From positions 14,857 through 78,856 of the IMG/VR virus record IMGVR_UViG_3300005805_000070: a stretch of DNA of 64,000 nt. One strand, 5' to 3'. This stretch comes from a virus (taxonomy: Duplodnaviria; Caudoviricetes). Shown here piece after piece: positions 16,058 to 26,500 of the stretch. Position numbers and translations under genes: made by a program. The notes below the pieces were generated by a model. It made no database searches. It saw only the letters and a program-made list of their open reading frames with translations, and was not told where the DNA came from. Positions within the stretch are counted from its first letter, which is position 1, and the number at the start of each line of letters is the position of its first letter.

Positions 16058-18183
16058 TAGAAAAAATCGCCCAGAAGATCATCAATCAATTCTACAGGCA
16101 TCGACTGCTGACTCTGCCGTGAGCAGGACAGTTTCTCAAGTGTCTTACACTCATCAATGTTCATAGAATGTTGAATGTCTACGACTGCTTGATTGATTCG
16201 ATAAGAAAAAGATTTTGCATCAATAACTTCATCAAAAACCAATTCCTCAATGATCTTTTCCGTATCAAGAGTGTTATAAATGTAGTGATCTGTATTAATC
16301 AGACTATGAACACTATTAGGAATAACCCCACTCTTAATGCAGTGGTAAATCGTAAGAGGAACTCTCTCTAGAATTGCACGAATCGTCTCTTTTTTAGTAA
16401 GAACAAGTGAATTATCTTGTTTTTCGGAGGATTCACCATCGCGTTGAATGTTTCCTTTACCATTAGCACCATTGTCGTTCACCACTCTCTTACTACCATT
16501 GTTCTTTTCTTTTGAACGAAGGGAGAAATTGAATTGATAATTTGCAAGTTTTTCCATATCCATGCTGTTCACGATGTTAGAAATCAGGGATATGGTGTTA
16601 GTGGCATCAGAAGCAAGAATTGAAGCGATCTGATCTTGAGACATAATCTCAAAACCATTTGCCCACTCAACAATCGAAACAAAATCGAGCATAATGTACT
16701 CTGAAATCATTGGATTGTTTTCACACGCAGCAATATAAATCTCACGGAGAGTTTTAAGACAACGTTGTGGACAAAAATCAATCACATCCCAATCACGATC
16801 AGAGGATCCACCACGGAAAGCAAATTGAGTCCAAAAATTAATCGACTCACCTTCACTAGCATTGATAACAGTATCAATTTCAGGAATGGTAACGCCAAGA
16901 ACATTAGCAGAAACAGTCAGAATAATAGTGTATTCATTCTCTGCAATGTGCTTTTTAATCGTGTCAGCATCTTCTTTTGTGTCTCCAGTTACAACTAAAG
17001 GAGCAAACTTAGTCTTCTCCAAATACTTAACAGAAGCATGGCAAGATGCAACAGAAGGAAGTGTCATAAAGATATGAAACTTACCATTCAAAAGTCGATC
17101 TTTTGGTTTTAGGTGCTTTTGATCTCCAAAGGTTTCGGAGTAGAAGTCCTGCACCAGAGAAGGTTCGACAAAATCAGTCTCATCCTTTCTAATGGAAAAA
17201 AGATTCTTCATCGCATCAGGATCATCTCCAAACAACTTCTTGTATGCATCCGACTCATACTTTCGAAGAATAACTCTCATCGCAGGGGCATTATTCAAAC
17301 CCAGTTTCTTATTCAGTTGCTCTTCAAAATAAGAGTAGGTATAAGAATTAGACTCGGAGAAGTCCCAAACCATAGAAAAAGCAGTACCAGTTACATACAG
17401 AACCTGACAATCAAACTTCTTACGGAGTTTCTTAAATTGAGTTGAATTGTAACCCTGGTGTGCTTCATCATAGACGATCAGATCTACATCACATGGAATC
17501 TTGCTCCAGCGATTGTTACCCTGAATCGTGGTCCACAAAACCAGTTGTTTGTCAGTATTATACCAATATTCAATCTGCTCCAGATAGTCTTTATCTGCGA
17601 GATTGATGAATACAATATTGTTGAAATCTGAAAAGTTTTTACTATCTGCTCTCCAGGATTGAATTGGAGAAGTGTAACGAGAAACAATCAAACTTACCTT
17701 AATACCTTTACGTGCAATTGCTGACAAAACCATGATGGACTTACCAGCACGGCACTTAGCAAACAGAAGAAATTCTTTCCACTCTTCCCAAGTAGATAGG
17801 ACCTTATTAATAAATTCTTGTTGATGCTTTTTGAGAGTCAGATTCTTTTTCTTCGGAGAATTCTTAGAGAAAAAAGTTTCTTGAATGAATTGAGTGACCT
17901 TTTCATGAGTCATCCCAAAACCAGTAATCTCAAAAGATTCTGTACCAACCTGCTTGATTCCAGGAAGTTTTGCAACCTCTTTATGAATCTGCTTATCACG
18001 ACCGTCAAAACCTTCCCAGAAAGCAAACTCCTTATAAATGATGCCCGCATCACGTGCTTTGTTGTAATCAGCACCACGACGAGGAATACCATACTCCTCA
18101 ATCATCAAAGGACCATCAGTCTGACCAATACCAAACCAATTAGGATTGTTATTATGACCGACGTGATAAATGTTCGTTGCCAT
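16057..18183 (-). CDS. restriction-like nuclease-helicase: N-terminal GIY-YIG/T5orf172-like domain plus SF2 helicase, 708 aa
   Basis: IY...IGQT...RR...D.QIH...GTESF N-terminus; AKCRAGKS, YDEAH, VTGT, QFAFRGGS. Confidence 0.8.
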   Translation of the reverse strand: MATNIYHVGHNNNPNWFGIGQTDGPLMIEEYGIPRRGADYNKARDAGIIYKEFAFWEGFDGRDKQIHKEVAKLPGIKQVGTESFEITGFGMTHEKVTQFIQETFFSKNSPKKKNLTLKKHQQEFINKVLSTWEEWKEFLLFAKCRAGKSIMVLSAIARKGIKVSLIVSRYTSPIQSWRADSKNFSDFNNIVFINLADKDYLEQIEYWYNTDKQLVLWTTIQGNNRWSKIPCDVDLIVYDEAHQGYNSTQFKKLRKKFDCQVLYVTGTAFSMVWDFSESNSYTYSYFEEQLNKKLGLNNAPAMRVILRKYESDAYKKLFGDDPDAMKNLFSIRKDETDFVEPSLVQDFYSETFGDQKHLKPKDRLLNGKFHIFMTLPSVASCHASVKYLEKTKFAPLVVTGDTKEDADTIKKHIAENEYTIILTVSANVLGVTIPEIDTVINASEGESINFWTQFAFRGGSSDRDWDVIDFCPQRCLKTLREIYIAACENNPMISEYIMLDFVSIVEWANGFEIMSQDQIASILASDATNTISLISNIVNSMDMEKLANYQFNFSLRSKEKNNGSKRVVNDNGANGKGNIQRDGESSEKQDNSLVLTKKETIRAILERVPLTIYHCIKSGVIPNSVHSLINTDHYIYNTLDTEKIIEELVFDEVIDAKSFSYRINQAVVDIQHSMNIDECKTLEKLSCSRQSQQSMPVELIDDLLGDFF

Positions 18184-18215
18184 TGGGAGTCTTCTAGGAA
18201 CTCTGAATAAGGGTT

Positions 18216-18271
18216 ATTATAGCAGAAAAGGAACCCTTGTGAGGTTCCTTATCCACTTTATAAACTGTCAC
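18216..18271 (-). promoter_or_regulatory. early-type promoter with upstream palindrome
   Basis: TATAAT 18216-18221; tatccactt-tata-aactgtcac 18250-18271. Confidence 0.6.
18226..18250 (-). terminator. intrinsic terminator
   Basis: AAGGAACC-tcacaag-GGTTCCTT then TT, downstream of 18333..20402. Confidence 0.6.
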
Positions 18272-18332
18272 AGCCCTTGTTTCCAACGACCACAAAGGTA
18301 TTTTAGCGATAATTATGGGGTCTTGTCAAGTA

Positions 18333-20402
18333 TTAGAATAGGAGCAATGAAGTTGCTCCAACACCAGCAACTGTAAATACAATTCTTGCAGGTGATGTTG
18401 CATATGAAATTTGAATACCATCAGAACCACTTGAATTGAATCCACCAGTTGCTGTCAATACAGCAGTGTTTGCATTGTATGCAAGGTTGCCATTATCAAT
18501 TAATGGTTGTTGAGCACCAGTTGCGTTATTTGGTGCCAACATTGGATATGTTGTTGTATCTGTTGATGTAGTTGCACTGATGTTTACGTTAGTTGCAATA
18601 CCAGCAGTCGCAGCATATCCAATATTTGTTAGATCTCTCCAAATAGATCCATTATGAATTTGGTGAGAGTTTGTTGTACTGTTAAATATAAGTGCTCCAG
18701 GATTCAAACTCAAACTATTTCTTTGAGCTCCTGTTACTGTTGGTGGGATTAAATATCTACCAGTGTCATCAACACCTCTTCCTGCAGAAGAGAAGTCTGC
18801 ATAAGATAGTGGGGTCGTAGATCCAACACCAACACCACCAAGTAAACAGAATACTTGATTTGCATCAAAACCAGATCCAAATGAAAGTTCAGTTGTTCCA
18901 ATACCAACTCCACCCTCACTGATGAAAACTGAGTTAACGATGCCTGGTTGACCAACTTGAATTGGATAGATTGGATTATTATTTCTAATACCAATTTTAT
19001 CAGTAACAGTAACTTTTCCTTCAACTTGAAGGTCATTCACCGTTGAAATTCCAGTCAGAACATAAACGTTTTTTCCAGAAATATCAATATCGTTCGCCCC
19101 AGTAACTGATAAACCACCAAGTACTGTTAATGATTGTTTAACGGTTAAATTTTGGTCAATAAAAGTATTACCAGTAATTGATGTTACGCCAACAACTTTT
19201 AATTTTTCTGGTGCATTACTTACTCCAATACCAAGATTTCCTGTATAGGAAAGTGTCATTAATGGTGTAAGAGGATCTTTACCCCAGAGCCAATTGAATC
19301 CGCCAGTTGCTACTCCAGTTGTTGATCCAAAGTGCAAATAACTATTGATATTTCCTCGATCATAGTTTATAATATCAAAAGAATTTGTATTACTATATGG
19401 ATAAATGATGCTAGAATTACCAAATTTAAGTCCAGCGGTATTTGCCAATTGGTTTACACTTCTACCCAATGTAAAAGTAGATTCCGTAGTTCCAGTAAGT
19501 TGAATCGATGAAATTCCTGTCTTTGTGATATGAATATCACTTTGAGGACTTAATGTGTTAAATCCGATTCTTCCAGTAATATTCGCTCTTGTTGGTACAG
19601 TAAGAATACCCGCATTAATAACATTAGCAGTAAAACTATTAATTCCAAGATTAGTAGTTGCTGGAAGTGTAATTGCAGTTGATGCAATACCAATAACATT
19701 ACCAGTAACGTTACCAGTTAAATTACCACTAAATCCAGAAAGTGCAGTTATTACACCAACAACTTCGAAAGAATCTGGAATTTTTGCTGGAGGAATAACT
19801 GGTAATCTATCAGAACTGATTGTTCCTGTTGCAATATTTGCTGCTGCAATATTTGTTACATTTGCACCATTTCCAGAGAAAAATCCAGCAGTTATAATTC
19901 CAGTAGCAACAATACCACCTGCGGAATTAATTCCTACCCCATTTTGGAAGAATACAGTACTGTTATTACCACCAATTTGAAGAACAAATCTTGGATCATT
20001 AGTTGCAATACCAACAAATCCTTGGGCATATATGCTAGTAAATCCAAGACCTACATCAACATCTAACCATTGAGATGTTGGTAGGTTTAAAAGTCTTCCA
20101 CCATCTCCAAAATAAGTAATTACTCCTGATGTTGAAGTTGCGGTTACGATTCCACTAGATGTAACTGATAAAATTCCAATGGAAGCAGATCTTACCGTGG
20201 CAAATCCAGTTGCGATTAGATCATTAGTATAATATTGAGATGCAGTGATAACACCGACAACCTTAACTGTACCCCTAACGTCCAGTGCTTCTGTTGGAAC
20301 AGTCGTGCCAATTCCAACCAGACCTAACGGGTTTACAATTAGATTATCGTCATCAACTTGAACACCATTACGAAAATTAAAGGTCTTTCTGATATTTGCC
20401 AT
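18333..20402 (-). CDS. virion structural / tail-fibre-like protein, 689 aa
   Basis: Repeated VGIGT / IGIN beta-strand units; Gly/Thr/Ser rich; late promoter upstream. Confidence 0.75.
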   Translation of the reverse strand: MANIRKTFNFRNGVQVDDDNLIVNPLGLVGIGTTVPTEALDVRGTVKVVGVITASQYYTNDLIATGFATVRSASIGILSVTSSGIVTATSTSGVITYFGDGGRLLNLPTSQWLDVDVGLGFTSIYAQGFVGIATNDPRFVLQIGGNNSTVFFQNGVGINSAGGIVATGIITAGFFSGNGANVTNIAAANIATGTISSDRLPVIPPAKIPDSFEVVGVITALSGFSGNLTGNVTGNVIGIASTAITLPATTNLGINSFTANVINAGILTVPTRANITGRIGFNTLSPQSDIHITKTGISSIQLTGTTESTFTLGRSVNQLANTAGLKFGNSSIIYPYSNTNSFDIINYDRGNINSYLHFGSTTGVATGGFNWLWGKDPLTPLMTLSYTGNLGIGVSNAPEKLKVVGVTSITGNTFIDQNLTVKQSLTVLGGLSVTGANDIDISGKNVYVLTGISTVNDLQVEGKVTVTDKIGIRNNNPIYPIQVGQPGIVNSVFISEGGVGIGTTELSFGSGFDANQVFCLLGGVGVGSTTPLSYADFSSAGRGVDDTGRYLIPPTVTGAQRNSLSLNPGALIFNSTTNSHQIHNGSIWRDLTNIGYAATAGIATNVNISATTSTDTTTYPMLAPNNATGAQQPLIDNGNLAYNANTAVLTATGGFNSSGSDGIQISYATSPARIVFTVAGVGATSLLLF

Positions 20403-20421
20403 CGTATATGGGATTTTTAGT

Positions 20422-20428
20422 TATTTAT
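20422..20428 (-). promoter_or_regulatory. T4-type late promoter
   Basis: GGATAAATAACTAAAAA, identical context to 55124-55140. Confidence 0.7.
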
Positions 20429-20429
20429 C

Positions 20430-20918
20430 CTATTTTTGTATCTGAACTTCTGAATTCTTTTTAACATCAATCATTAAAAACTCCATAGGTTGATCAGATA
20501 GATTTCCACCATCATGAATATGGTCCATTACTGGGAATACTTGAGAAACTCCTTCTTCCCAATAAATTTTTTCACCCTGCCAAGTCATATAACATTTTTC
20601 TCTATCTGGAATTATTAATGGTATTTGAATTCTCTTATATGGTTCTCTATAAACATTAGGATCACGATGTGGTTTTAATATCGTTCCCTCAGAAAAAACT
20701 GAATAAGTTGCATACAAAATATCCTCATTTTCAAATATATGATAAACCATATCAGTCATTAATTTTTTACGGATGTTGACAGTTTTGCCAACACCCTTTA
20801 ACCAGGAAATAAAGATATCTTTATTAGTATACCCTTCCGTTGTTGGTGCTTTTTTTAGAGGAAATTCAGTTTGTTTTGCCCAATTATAAAGAATATTTAA
20901 ATCTTTTTCCGTAATCAT
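20430..20918 (-). CDS. aspartyl/asparaginyl beta-hydroxylase-like 2OG oxygenase
   Basis: LKPHRDP, RIQIPLIIP, WEEG, HIHDGGN, LMIDV. Confidence 0.8.
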   Translation of the reverse strand: MITEKDLNILYNWAKQTEFPLKKAPTTEGYTNKDIFISWLKGVGKTVNIRKKLMTDMVYHIFENEDILYATYSVFSEGTILKPHRDPNVYREPYKRIQIPLIIPDREKCYMTWQGEKIYWEEGVSQVFPVMDHIHDGGNLSDQPMEFLMIDVKKNSEVQIQK

Positions 20919-21445
20919 TACCAGTGTCCTACTTGACTGAATAAAATTAGAGTATCATTCTCATTTAAAATTAATTTATAATCTTGTTCTGGGTGAACGT
21001 GAGAATAATCATATCTTTTAAATCTTTTCATATTTACAATTGGATTTCCATTTAAACAAACTAGATATGATTTTAAATACATCACTTCCAATTTACTTTC
21101 ATTTTTATCTATTACTCTAGCTTCCCATTTGATCCTTTTATCTGAAGTATTAAATCCTACAATATAAAAGTCTTCCGTTGCCTCAAATAGAACCTTATCA
21201 TTAACATATTTTTGCACATCTACAACTTCATTTTTTGAAGAATCTAGAATTATTGGATCTTCTTTATCAAATACTCTACCAAAAATTCCAGATCCATAAA
21301 TGCCATAATAAAAAATAGTATATCTTTCATTAGGATGTTCTGCTAAAACATATCCCTTTTCTCCCATATTTACACACAGATTAAAATCATCACACTGGCG
21401 AAAAAATCTTTTACACTTTGGGTCTTTTAGTTCGTACATAATCAT
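20918..21445 (-). CDS. hypothetical phage protein, 175 aa
   Basis: ORF track; overlaps both neighbours. Confidence 0.7.
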   Translation of the reverse strand: MIMYELKDPKCKRFFRQCDDFNLCVNMGEKGYVLAEHPNERYTIFYYGIYGSGIFGRVFDKEDPIILDSSKNEVVDVQKYVNDKVLFEATEDFYIVGFNTSDKRIKWEARVIDKNESKLEVMYLKSYLVCLNGNPIVNMKRFKRYDYSHVHPEQDYKLILNENDTLILFSQVGHW

Positions 21446-21774
21446 AAACTTATCTGATTAAGGGGGAAAGATTCAGTATATTCATTTTCAACTACAATAT
21501 CGACAAGATCATCAAGTTCAATTGTATCGATGGGTTTTTGTTGAATATTACTTTCTAATACGGGTTCTTTCTCAAATTGTTGGTCTACAATACCAACTCC
21601 ACAATCTGATATACTGTTTACCAAACTTTGATAATTTGAAAAATCTAAATTTCTATAACTTATGGCATAAGAATCATACTCATCAATGGGTTTTGGTGCA
21701 TTTTTTCTACAATACTTGATTAATATTTGTTGGTTTTCTGGTAAATTTTTTATAATTTTAAAAATAATTTTCAT
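21442..21774 (-). CDS. hypothetical phage protein, 110 aa
   Basis: ORF track. Confidence 0.7.
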   Translation of the reverse strand: MKIIFKIIKNLPENQQILIKYCRKNAPKPIDEYDSYAISYRNLDFSNYQSLVNSISDCGVGIVDQQFEKEPVLESNIQQKPIDTIELDDLVDIVVENEYTESFPLNQISL

Positions 21775-21779
21775 AAAAG

Positions 21780-22751
21780 TTACTGCGGATCTTGATTGAC
21801 TGTTCCTCCATAAACAGTTCCATTGTTTGTGTAGGAGACAAAAGATCCAGAAGCAGAAATAACAAAGGCTCTTCCTCCTCCGCCTCCTCCACCACCAGGA
21901 TTTCCACTTTGTCCACCATTACCATTTGATCCCCCAGGACCACCAGGACCAGCTTCGGTTCCTCCTCCGCCTCCTCCACCACCATTGGTGAATCCACCAG
22001 GAGAACCATCTGAACCTGCGCTACCTCTTCCAGTTACACCGCTATTTGTGCTATTTCCACCAGTTCCAAATGGATATCCAGAACCTCCACCTCCTCCACC
22101 ACCAGTGGAATACGAATAAACACTAGATTTTTTACCAGTTTGTACATTTCTACCACGTGCATCACCGCCGCCGCCACCGCCGCCGCCAGCCTGTATATAA
22201 CCAAGATTTCTAAAGATTAGTGGATATTCAATGCCAATTGCACTTGTTCCATTAGAACCTCCACCACCATTTGCATTTCCCCCATTACCACCAGCACCAA
22301 AAATTTGTCCACTTGGACCGACTTCCAATCTTAAATCTGTATTTGCATCCCAATTTCCAGTTCTTAATGCAACGTTATTGATATTTCCCTTTGCCGATCC
22401 TAATCTTGTATTAACATTAATAAAAACTTTTATATTACTAGAGTTTGTTGGTCTTCCCCTAAAATTACCGACAACAACTACATTTTGATTATCGTATCTG
22501 TTTCTAGCATTTACTCTTGTCGATAAATCTGCAATACTGAAAAAATCGACAACAACATTGAGACTTTTGCTATAAAAATCACTAAACCTTATAGTTCCAG
22601 ATTGTGGAATTCCAGCATCTAGAGGTAAATTGGGTAGAGATCCTACAGTTTGACTAACTCTAAACGCACCTAAGTTTTTATTAGGCGGAAGACCAAATTC
22701 TGCAGTTATATCCGAAAAAGAAATTGGATTTCCCGATGCTTGAAGTGCCAT
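21780..22751 (-). CDS. glycine-rich tail adhesin-like protein (T-even gp38-like)
   Basis: GAGGNGG...IQAGGGGGGGG polyglycine tracts; MALQASGNPISFSDITAEFG N-terminus. Confidence 0.65.
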   Translation of the reverse strand: MALQASGNPISFSDITAEFGLPPNKNLGAFRVSQTVGSLPNLPLDAGIPQSGTIRFSDFYSKSLNVVVDFFSIADLSTRVNARNRYDNQNVVVVGNFRGRPTNSSNIKVFINVNTRLGSAKGNINNVALRTGNWDANTDLRLEVGPSGQIFGAGGNGGNANGGGGSNGTSAIGIEYPLIFRNLGYIQAGGGGGGGGDARGRNVQTGKKSSVYSYSTGGGGGGGSGYPFGTGGNSTNSGVTGRGSAGSDGSPGGFTNGGGGGGGGTEAGPGGPGGSNGNGGQSGNPGGGGGGGGRAFVISASGSFVSYTNNGTVYGGTVNQDPQ

Positions 22752-22770
22752 TTATAACTTCTTTTATTTT

Positions 22771-22777
22771 TATTTAT
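22771..22777 (-). promoter_or_regulatory. T4-type late promoter
   Basis: ATAAATA 20 nt upstream of the 22751 start. Confidence 0.6.
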
Positions 22778-22782
22778 TTGTA

Positions 22783-23505
22783 TTAAACAAATTTTTTCCA
22801 ATATTTCTCGTTTATGTATCCGTAAGAATATGAAAGATATTCCTCTTTTAATACTAAAGTAATATCTCCAACTATTGCCAACCTTTCTCCTTTAAAATAT
22901 TCGCACGCAGATTTTGTACAGTGTGGTATTTTACTTGGGAATAAAACTAAATTTCCTTCAAACGGAGTTAAACCGAAAATTTCTGCATTTGTTTGGGTAA
23001 ATTCTTCAACAATATTGTATTCCTCACCAGATGGATCATCAAAAAATAAAGATTTAAAAAATGCATTTGGGGAATTTTCGTTTGAAAATTCTAAAATATG
23101 AGAGTTTTCTGGAATATTCAGATAATAAACGAATGATATGTGACTAGTTGAGTGAATATGCCAAGGAATCTCATGATCTGATTCTCTAGATCTAGATATC
23201 CAACTTTTAGTAAATACAATATCAAAAACGTCCTTTAACCTAAGAACTTCTTGGCAATAAGATTTTGCGTGTCTAGAAATCTCAGCAAATAGAGGTGCTA
23301 AACTATCTTCTAAATGAATTAAAGGATTACCCTCATTCTCACTAATCGTATTAATAGTTTTAATATTTCCTTGCTTATTTAATTTTACTTGAGGGTAATC
23401 AAACTTAGTATATACCTTATAAAATTCTTCTTTGTGCCGATCATGATCTTCCATCTTCCCAACATAAATGGTAGTTGGGAAGATGTTTACTGTTTCAAAC
23501 TTCAT
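22783..23505 (-). CDS. putative 2OG-Fe(II) oxygenase (TIGR02466-like)
   Basis: PWHIHSTSHISFVYYL, LVLFPSKIPHCT, ERLAIVGDI. Confidence 0.8.
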   Translation of the reverse strand: MKFETVNIFPTTIYVGKMEDHDRHKEEFYKVYTKFDYPQVKLNKQGNIKTINTISENEGNPLIHLEDSLAPLFAEISRHAKSYCQEVLRLKDVFDIVFTKSWISRSRESDHEIPWHIHSTSHISFVYYLNIPENSHILEFSNENSPNAFFKSLFFDDPSGEEYNIVEEFTQTNAEIFGLTPFEGNLVLFPSKIPHCTKSACEYFKGERLAIVGDITLVLKEEYLSYSYGYINEKYWKKFV

Positions 23506-23523
23506 AACAATTACATAACTAAG

Positions 23524-26500
23524 TTATTTAGATCCCTTCAGTTCATCAATTTCTGCTTTGAGTTCCTTAATTGCTTCAATAAGTAGAGGAACAAGTTTTT
23601 CATACTTAACAGTTAAGTAATCTCCATTTACAGGTGCAGGAGCAACTGCTTCAGGAAGAACTGCTTGAACTTGTTGAGCAGAAACACCAACATGTCTATC
23701 TTTGGTATAGAATCCTAGGGATTCACCAAGTTCATTGAAGTTGTATGTAAATCCACTAAGGCTTAGAACTTTGTTTAGAGCACCTTCAATTGGTTCGATA
23801 TTAGTTTTTAATCTTTCATCAGAAGCAAATGCTGTGATGTCACCAGTTGATGTGATTTCACCAGTGATAGAAATGCCAGTATTTGTAGTTGCAAATTTCT
23901 GAGAATTATCAAAGAACAATTGAACAGAACTATTTTCATTGAAAATAGCGTAATTTTCTGTTGCAAGAGGAGATGTAATTCTTACTGCACTTGATCCCTG
24001 TAGGTATAGATCTCCAGTTCCAGTGTCTTTGATAATACTATTAGAACCATCATGAACAATTTCTAAATCATCATTGTTCCCTAAGAACAGGCTATCATTA
24101 TCTTCAAGTCTAACATCATTCTGGAAATAAGCATTTCCAACATATGTTGAAACTCCAGTTACATTAAGATTTCCACCAATGTAAACATTCTTCTCAATAC
24201 CAACTCCACCTTCAAATATAATAGATCCAGTATCTTTACTGTTTGATTGTAGAGTATTTGTGCAAGTTACAACACCAGTAATGTTGAGATTTCCACCAAT
24301 GTAAACATTCTTCTCAATACCAGCACCACCATCTAAGATAAATGCTCCCGTATCTTTACTGTTAGACTGTGTGCCATCAGTAATTTCTACAGTATTGTTT
24401 ACCTTTAAGGTATCATTCATAATAGTTGAATCATTAATCTTCAACTCTTTATTGAATGTTACAGGACCATCAAATTGAGATAGAACAGTTCCTGAGTTAC
24501 CACCTTCAACAAGAAGTCTTTCTTTGATGATAACCTCATCATAAACGACACTCAAACGAGAAGGATCTTGTCCAGTTACAGTTGAAACGGGAATTGCAAA
24601 CGTAACTTGTTGACCAGATGATGCAGAATACTTGGTGTTACCCACGAAGAAATCACCATCACTATTCATACCAGTGTAGATAGCACTACCGCAAGAACTA
24701 CTTTGTGCCTGTGCTAAGAAATCCTCTCTTTCGTTGAGTGTTCTATTTTGGATCTGTGGTAAACCTGTAGAATAGTTACCAGGACCATAACCAAGATATT
24801 CAAATGTATGACCTGATGCGCGAAGGACAGAAGGTCTGCGAAGTTCAACTGGAAGAGGTCTAATCTTTTTAATTAATGAAGTCGCACCGTGATTTTCAAT
24901 TAATGTTCCTAGAGATCCTCTGATTACAGTAATTTCATTATTACCTGATCCAGATAAAGTACTGGATACAATTCTCATTATTTCATTATCGACTTGAATA
25001 TATGAACCTAATTCAAATCTTCTTGTTGTTCCAATTCCAGAGTTAGGAACTCGAATTGGGAAACTTGTTTGGCTAGTAATATCTGATAGTAGTATTGCCG
25101 TTTCATTTTGATAGAATGAAACAGATCTTGATCCTAGATTCTCTCCAGATGAGTCTGCGGTTAGCTCATTTGAAGATAAAACATTTTTAAGAACAAATTT
25201 TACTGATCCAACATTTTTACCAGTTACAGAAGTAAATGTATTAATTCCTACTTTTTCATCGACCAAGAAAGATCCAACATTATTATTATTTGAATCTAAT
25301 ACATCAAATCTATTACCAGAAACTAATCCATGAGCTGAAGCACAAACAAAGGTTGTTACCCCAGTTAATGTGTCATATGTGTTAGAATTTACAACGATTG
25401 ATGGACCACCATTTATAATATATTGACCAACAACTGGGGATCCATCACCAGCTGTTTTTGCAATTGATATTGTTGTTGATGATGGAACTGAAGTTATTCT
25501 ATAATGATTACTTGCGGTTGTTCCAATACCAGTTAATTGAACAACATTTCCAACTGAGGTAGAAATACCTGCAGTTGTAATAGTCATTCTACCACTTGGA
25601 GTTCCACCAATTTGTGTACTGTCAAAATATAGAGTTTCTCCAGTAGCATATGCTGATCCACCAGTAATTACGTCAGCTGATGTTACAGCACCTGAAGAAT
25701 TAACTGTTACTCTTGCAGTGGCACCTTTCCAACTTGTTAAGATGCTATCACTATAGAGTTTAACATTCTGGTATGTTCCTTGTGAATGTCCACTTCCACC
25801 GATCAGTGAAGTATAAGTCACAACTCCAGATAAACCGTGCTCTCTGCTAAAAGTAAGAGTTGCTGAAGTACCACTATCTGATACACCAGATACAATGGGA
25901 ACAATTCCAAAATAAGTATGAATTTTATCAGCAGTTTCTCTGGTAATACTCTTCTTAAGATCACTGGTAACTACATCACCAAGAGGAGCTCTTTTTGCAA
26001 AGGATGCTGCAGCAGGTGGATTATCATCAATATTGTCATTATCCAATTGTGGATATAGATCAACGATACTTTGACTAAATTTTAGATCTGTAAATTCTTC
26101 TGGTACTGCATTAGAAGAGTTTACAACATACAGGTAGTATACACCATCTTGTACACTGTAAATATATGGTGTAATAGTTTCATTACGATAAATGTAGAAA
26201 TTACCTTTATGATCTTTTCTTTCAAATCTAGGTAAAGTAGTACTCCTGTTTGTTACATTATTTGTAAATACTCCAGGAACATGTAAAACATCAAAAATAT
26301 CTGTTGAAGAATGTGTAAATGTTTTATCGTTGGTTATTGATAGAACTTTAAATGTTCCATTATAACCTTTATTTAATGTTGCGGGAGTATTTGTTGTACT
26401 AGATACATTCTTAATTGCAATAATATCATTAACTTTGAGATTATGTGGAATTTCAGAAGTAACTGTAATAATATTAGTTACTGCATTAAACGAGCAAGTT

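Noticed and set aside
16057-18183. Intein or free-standing homing endonuclease in the helicase
   Set aside because: No splice-junction motifs; the nuclease-like domain is N-terminal rather than inserted, and the helicase motifs are contiguous.
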